Origin: the human T2T-CHM13v2.0 reference genome, Homo sapiens
Length of the DNA: 64,000 nucleotides
Strand: one strand, 5' to 3'
NCBI RefSeq assembly: GCF_009914755.1
Contig: NC_060932.1
Below the pieces are notes generated by a model that did no database searches, was not told the DNA's origin, and saw only the letters and a list, made by a program, of their open reading frames with translations. Shown here in pieces: positions 58,191 to 64,000 of this stretch. Position 1 is the first letter of the stretch. Each line of letters opens with the position of its first letter. The translations under genes and the position numbers were made by a program.

Positions 58191-59267
58191 AAGAAGGAAA
58201 AAAAGTCTCCCCCACTGTGAAGTATCCCCTGCGCTTGTAAAGGATCTTTTGGGTTCCAGGACTAGAGTAAGATCAAAGGTTAAGGGAGGGTTCTAAGACT
58301 GGAGCAGCAGGCAAATATGAAATGCATAGTAGCTTCACACCTTCAAACTACCAAGAAGGGAGTCCAAGGGTAGTAGGGTGACAAAGGATTAATTCTGAGC
58401 AATAGTGCATATTATTTAAAATATGCAACTACTTCCATCAATAGCATGTGCAGCTTGCTTTTGCAAGCCAGGCTGTGTTGTGTGTGGGTGAGTCTGTCCA
58501 GCTTCAAGTGCTAGGAAATGGAGTGAATAATTATTGTTCTTTGCACTGCTTTTCATTCCCGACATCTGGATAGGCTCTCCTGAAGACATCCTTTGGGTAG
58601 AGGGACCCTAACTAAACTCTCTCATGGCAGACAAAGGGGACAGCACTTCCAGTAGAGGCTGGGGCAACATTCCAGGGCAGATTAGGGAAGAAAACTCAAC
58701 TCTTCAGCTGAGAGCCCAAGGCAAGGGAGAGGAAACCTAGGCCCAATATTAAGAAACAGATACACAGAATTTTTGGTGGCAGTTATTAGCAAAAGGAGTC
58801 CCCACAAATGAAACTAAGATTTAAGGAAGTTGCATTGTCAGGAAAAACAAAACAAACCCAAGCCTCATGAAAAGGAGCTCAAAATTTCTTAACGTCTAAA
58901 GCAATCTCAAGGCCCAAGTATTTGCACCAACAGAAAGTAGACTCTTTGTTTGTACAGACCCCACATCATTTCAAGTGCCACTTCCAGATAGCCCTGAAAA
59001 GCACTAGACAAGAGCAATCCAGCAGTCAGAACCCGAGACAGCAAAATCAGTTGGCCAAGGAACTCACTCCACTACCAGTAATCAGATGACCAATGGATGC
59101 CTTTGAGATTTTGAGATCCTATAATTTATTAACAATAGAAAGCATGAATTCTAGATCTATTACCAGGATGGCTCTTCCCTTTTTCTGCTTTCTAAGAGGT
59201 TTTTATTAGACTTATTCCAGTTTTCCCTCTCCCATTTCATATCAGATGTGTTAGAAGTGTGTGTCTT

Positions 59268-59712
59268 ATTTTATTTTTTTATTTTATTTTATTTTATTTT
59301 ACTTTACTTTACTTTACTTTACTTTACTTACTTTACTTTACTTTATTTTATTTTATTTTATTTTATTTTATTTTAGACATGGTCTTGCTCTGTTGCCCAG
59401 GCTGGAGTACAGTGGCGTGATCATAGCTCACTGCAGCTTCGACCTCCAGGGCTCAAATGATCCTCCCACCTCAGCCTTCTGCATAGCTGGGACCACAGGC
59501 GTCCATGACCACACCTGGCTAATTTTTTCTTTTTTTTGAGATGGGGTATCACTCTGTAGCCCAGGCTGTAGTGCCAGCTAATTTTTAATTTTTTGTAGAG
59601 ACGAGGTCTCACTATGTTTTCCATGCTGGTCTCAAACTCCTGAGCTCAAGCAATCCTCCTGCCTTGGTCTATCAAAATGCTAGGATTACAGCTGTGAGCC
59701 ACCACACCCGGC
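59268..59712 (-). mobile_element. AluJ with (TTTTA/TTTAC)n tail and a short nested Alu 3' fragment
   Basis: Outer TSD agaagtgtgt(g/a)tctt; extra Alu 3' end at about 59527-59573. Confidence 0.85.
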
Positions 59713-59859
59713 AAGAAGTGTGTATCTTTAAATAGTCTATGGGTTGCAAGGCAGTGAGATATCATGTGTAGACAGAAACAAGACTTAACTGGAAGAGGTA
59801 TGGAATTCACCAAGAAATCCTGAACTCTAATCCTGAATAATTATTCCATAAAAGCTCTT

Positions 59860-60005
59860 GGCCAGGAACGGTGGCCCATATCTGTAATCTCAGCTACTTG
59901 GAAGGCAGAGTGGGGAGGATCACTTGAGTCCAGGAGTTCAAATCCAGCCTGGGCAACATAGTAAGACCCTATCACAAAAACAACAACAACAACAACAACA
60001 ACAAA
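59860..60005 (+). mobile_element. FLAM monomer with (CAA)n tail
   Basis: Single arm followed by caacaacaa repeats. Confidence 0.78.
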
Positions 60006-60400
60006 AACATCTTTTGAATGCAGTGGCAGAACATAAATTTGGGATATCCTGTCTAAGGAAGAGGTGTATAATGAATAAATTGATATTTATATCAATTGTA
60101 TCAGTTAGATCATGTTAGTGGGGAATTTTTAAACACATAAGGAAAAAAACAAGGTGTCTGTTTGTGCAAGGCAAAGAGGGTAGTCTTGTAGTTTGCCCAA
60201 TTCAAACTCATTTACCCAGCTCTGGGAATGCCCTATCTGTACCCCTAATCCCATTGCCATCCACATGGCCAGCAGGACTCCTAGCAGCCGTTTTTGTAGT
60301 GTGATCCCTCCCCCAAACTATGTTTGATTAGATCAAGAGTGCACATGTGTCCCAAGCTGAGCTAAAACACCCCTTCTCAGAAGAAACTGGAAATGCAGTT

Positions 60401-60455
60401 TATATCTATATCTATATCTATATCTATATCTATATCTATATCTATATCTATATCT
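60401..60455. repeat. (TATATC)n microsatellite inside an MLT1-like LTR relic (about 60190-60750)
   Basis: Tandem hexamer seen directly. Confidence 0.9.
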
Positions 60456-61577
60456 AAATCTATCTCACTTCAATGTGGCTCTCTCCTGAATGCAGGAAAC
60501 AAAACCCCAGGACTATGGCCATGTTTTCCCATACAGAGAATGAGAAGCAACGGAAATCTGTGTGAGAGAGAGGAAAGAGCAAGACCAGCAGGGGCCAACA
60601 CAGAGCGATCAGCCGTGGATTTCCACTCCCTGCTTCCAGCTTGAGCATGGCTTGCATTTCTGCACTTGGATTTCCAGAGACACTCCCTTACCTTTAAAAC
60701 AAACTTCCCCCTTTTTGCTTAAGCCAGCTCAGATCAGTTTCTGTTTTTTGCAACTAGTGGACTCCCGCCTCATAAAGAGATCCATCCCAGGATTTGCGAT
60801 GTTCCTTTTCTTCTTATAGATAACCTCTGTTTTGAGACTTTTCTGCCCACAGGAATGGTTTGGTGATTGTAAACACAGATGAACTGAAGAGACTGAATGA
60901 GCACATGGATCATTAATTAGATTATTTCTCATTCTGGCCATGTCTATATCAATCTATTTCTGTCAGGGAATCATAATTTCCTTACATAGTCAGCCGCTGT
61001 AAAAGCAGATCTCACTTTTCCCCAAAACAGTTTTCCTCAGTGCTGGCATGAGAAAGGGGTGAGATTTTGGCGGTGGGGAATAGATAGGTTTGGTCCCACA
61101 CAGCCCTGCGCTTAGTTCAACTCTTCAGCAATGTCCCAAGCAAGGTTGCCGGTCTTCAGGGTGGGTTTTCAGTAGCTGCACTTCTCAGGAAGTGTGGGCA
61201 CAGGAGGGAGCAGTTCAAGTTCATTCTGGGAAGGCTGAAGATGCAATCTGTGAGCAGCATGGAACACAGAAACGCAGAGCCTTTGCAAGGCTATGCACAG
61301 AGCAGGAAAAAGCAGAGGTCTCCAAACACATGAGGAGCAGAGAGATCCCCTTATTGCCTGCCTTGGAAGGTGTTTCGTTTTAGAAGGCTGGGAAGCAAAA
61401 GGAATCATCTGACCTGGAAAATCGCAGGGAGCCCAAGTGAGGAAGAGTCCAATGCACAGCATCTATGGAGAAGCACAAGGTAAACTGGGAAGGTGCAGAT
61501 CCTTAGGGAGGACTCAGTCTCTCAGCAGTTTGTCCCAAGGAGCATTCTAGGGGAAATTTAGTCACACTTGGAGGGTG

Positions 61578-61640
61578 TCTTCCTTCCTTCCTTCCTTCCT
61601 TCCTTCCTTCCTTCCTTCTTTCCTTCCTTCCTTCTTTCCT
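61578..61640. repeat. (CTTC)n microsatellite
   Basis: Tandem tetramer, polypyrimidine tract. Confidence 0.95.
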
Positions 61641-61809
61641 TCCTTCCTTCCTTTTCCTTACTTTGGCTCAAGAACCAATTTAAACAAGAAAAATGTAAGG
61701 AATTCCCTTTCTCCTGCCCAAAAGAAGTCAGCATCTATTGACTGCTCACCATGGCAAAAAACCTGTTTGATCAAGTAATGAGGTCAACATTTGTATAGAA
61801 TCCATGTGT

Positions 61810-62126
<317 letters not shown>

Positions 62127-62890
62127 TAACGTAGCAATTATGTATTTAAGGAACTAATAAAGCTTAGTTGTTGAAAAAAAGAGGTTGTTGTGTTTTATTT
62201 TCCATAATTTTGATTAGGTGAACTTGAGGTGCTGATGAAGAGTAGCTGTTGAAGTGTTACATAACAACTTCTCCTTAGTTCAAAGTGAAAATGAACTCAA
62301 TAAATAGGAGTCAACGTTAATCTAGGGAATTAAAATTCAATTTGTTTTTAAACATTGCCTATAATTATTATAATACTGAAATTTACATAGAAATATACAT
62401 GAACCTTAAATTATTTCCATCCACTTACCTAGTAAATACTGACTTAAGAAATTGCTATGCTGAATTCAGTCAATTATCTCTAGGTCATCTAGTGAGAGCT
62501 TAATTATATTTGTGGGGCTTTGACTTTTCAGCACAAACACCATACTCATTTTCCCACATATATTATACCAAGAACATATGGTACAGTGTGTGATTCACTA
62601 GCAGAGAGCTGCTTGCAATTGAGATCTGTCAAATGAGGACTTCTCAGACAGCTATGAGGATTCTTTGACTCCTGTTGTTAAAACACATTTTGTAGATTTA
62701 AAATATATTCATAGAACCAAGTCTTCTGAGTTTTCATCTTCTAGGACTAGCTTTCGCTGTGTGCCAAGTATTTTTTTTTTTTTTTTTGCTGCTCATTTCA
62801 GTAAACCTTCTTGCATCCCCTAAGTTCTCAATGGAATAACACCCGTCCCATCTGTTCCTCTGTCTATCTCCTCTGTAAGTCCCCTCCTAT

Positions 62891-62904
62891 GTTGCCATGG
62901 CAAC
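62891..62904. promoter_or_regulatory. Perfect palindromic RFX X-box
   Basis: GTTGCCATGGCAAC in apparently unique sequence. Confidence 0.7.
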
Positions 62905-63024
62905 AGTACCTGCTACAACATCATAACGAGTTTACTATATTATACTTCTGTTAGCAAATGCAATACTTGGCTTTCAAAACCATGGCTTTTTATCCTTTTT
63001 ATCCTTCTTTAAGAGATAGTTGGG

Positions 63025-63140
63025 AAAGGTCATGCCTCTAATCCCAACGCTTTGGGAGGCCGAGGGAGGAGGATCACTTGAGCCCAGGAGTTCAAGACCA
63101 GCCTGAGCAACATAGGTAGACCCTTGTCTCTGAAAAAAAA
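63025..63140 (+). mobile_element. FLAM monomer
   Basis: Single Alu arm with A tail. Confidence 0.78.
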
Positions 63141-63339
63141 AGAAGAGGTAGTTGCCTGGTGAGGCAGCTAGCATTCTCAAGGCTCATCTTCCCACTGTTT
63201 CCTTAGCCCTTGTTCCCACACTTAGGAAGCCAAGAGCTGTAAGCCACTACCATCCCATCTTTCACCCTAGCAGACTCCATCTCCCACCAAAACATCCAGA
63301 AGTGCTTAGGATAGGAAACCACTGGCAGGAAGACTCACA

Positions 63340-63690
63340 CTAGTGGTTCCCTCAAACTACACTGTGCCTCCAATTCCTCCAGGCTGCACATCAACAATAC
63401 ATCCAACTTCATTTTTCTCAGTTCTGATTTAGTAGCTGTGGAGGGGAATCCAGGATTCTTTTCAACAAACTCCTGGGTAAACATTCAACAGAGTTTGAGA
63501 CACAACGGTCTAGATTTTCTAATTCAGGTGCCCCAGCATCTAATAGTTAGACAGTGTTTTTCAATGCATAGGACTTTGCTGGGGAAACTGAAAGTGCAGA
63601 TTCCTGAGTCCTGCCTCCTAAGTCAGAATCTGAGCCTGGGATCCAGGGATCTGTATTTTAGCAAGCATGCTGAAGGTGACTCTGATGACA
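63340..63690. mobile_element. MER5-type (hAT-Charlie) DNA transposon relics
   Basis: 'tagtggttccctcaaact...agtttgagacaca' and 'aaagtgcagattcctgag...ggtgactctgatg'. Confidence 0.6.
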
Positions 63691-64000
63691 CCAGAGAGAC
63701 CAATCAGGGCTGGATCCATATCCCAGCTCTTCCACCTAAGTAGCCATAAGCATATATATATATTTTTTTTGACCTGGTGATAATATCTACCTTATGAAGG
63801 GATTGTGCACAGTAAACAGAAGCCATGCATTTTTTACTGTTTCTGAATAAGGCATGATACAGCTAGAGGAGATGTTTAAGAGTAAGACAAAAAATACCAC
63901 AATCTGGCCATCATTTCTGAGTCATGATGGAGTCTTTCTAAGGACAGACAACCAGGGGTAACTTTTTCCAACCCAAAAGTCATGCTATAAAACTCCAACA

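Noticed and set aside
60393-61778. Low-complexity ORFs (ISISIS, PSFLPSFL)
   Set aside because: Translations of microsatellites

Overview
Primate (human-like) repeat-dense genomic DNA. I see no recognisable host protein-coding exon; most ORF-track entries are Alu/L1 translations or chance ORFs. The main feature is a 6.1 kb minus-strand HERV-W (HERV17/LTR17) element at 21159-27287 with the architecture of an L1-made processed pseudogene rather than a provirus. It has R-U5 at the 5' end, U3-R plus poly(A) at the 3' end, a 9-bp TSD and an apparently spliced leader. Its primer-binding site matches tRNA-Ile rather than tRNA-Trp, and its doubly deleted env leaves a 95-aa signal-peptide ORF. The right half holds two full-length, head-to-head L1PA elements (40421-46902 minus, 49545-55646 plus), each with an open ORF0-like antisense frame. 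It also holds a MER11 solo LTR nested in an older L1 and a local inverted templated insertion at 37789-37950. Many Alu, MIR, L2, MaLR and MER5 relics fill the rest. The unique stretches show a CpG-enriched segment with a perfect minus-strand splice donor, some candidate non-coding exons and a perfect RFX X-box. Subfamily calls and comparisons to consensus sequences are from memory, not database searches, and the genomic locus is not identified. I found no evidence of a wholly new biological system; the findings are unusual retroelement and DNA-repair signatures.
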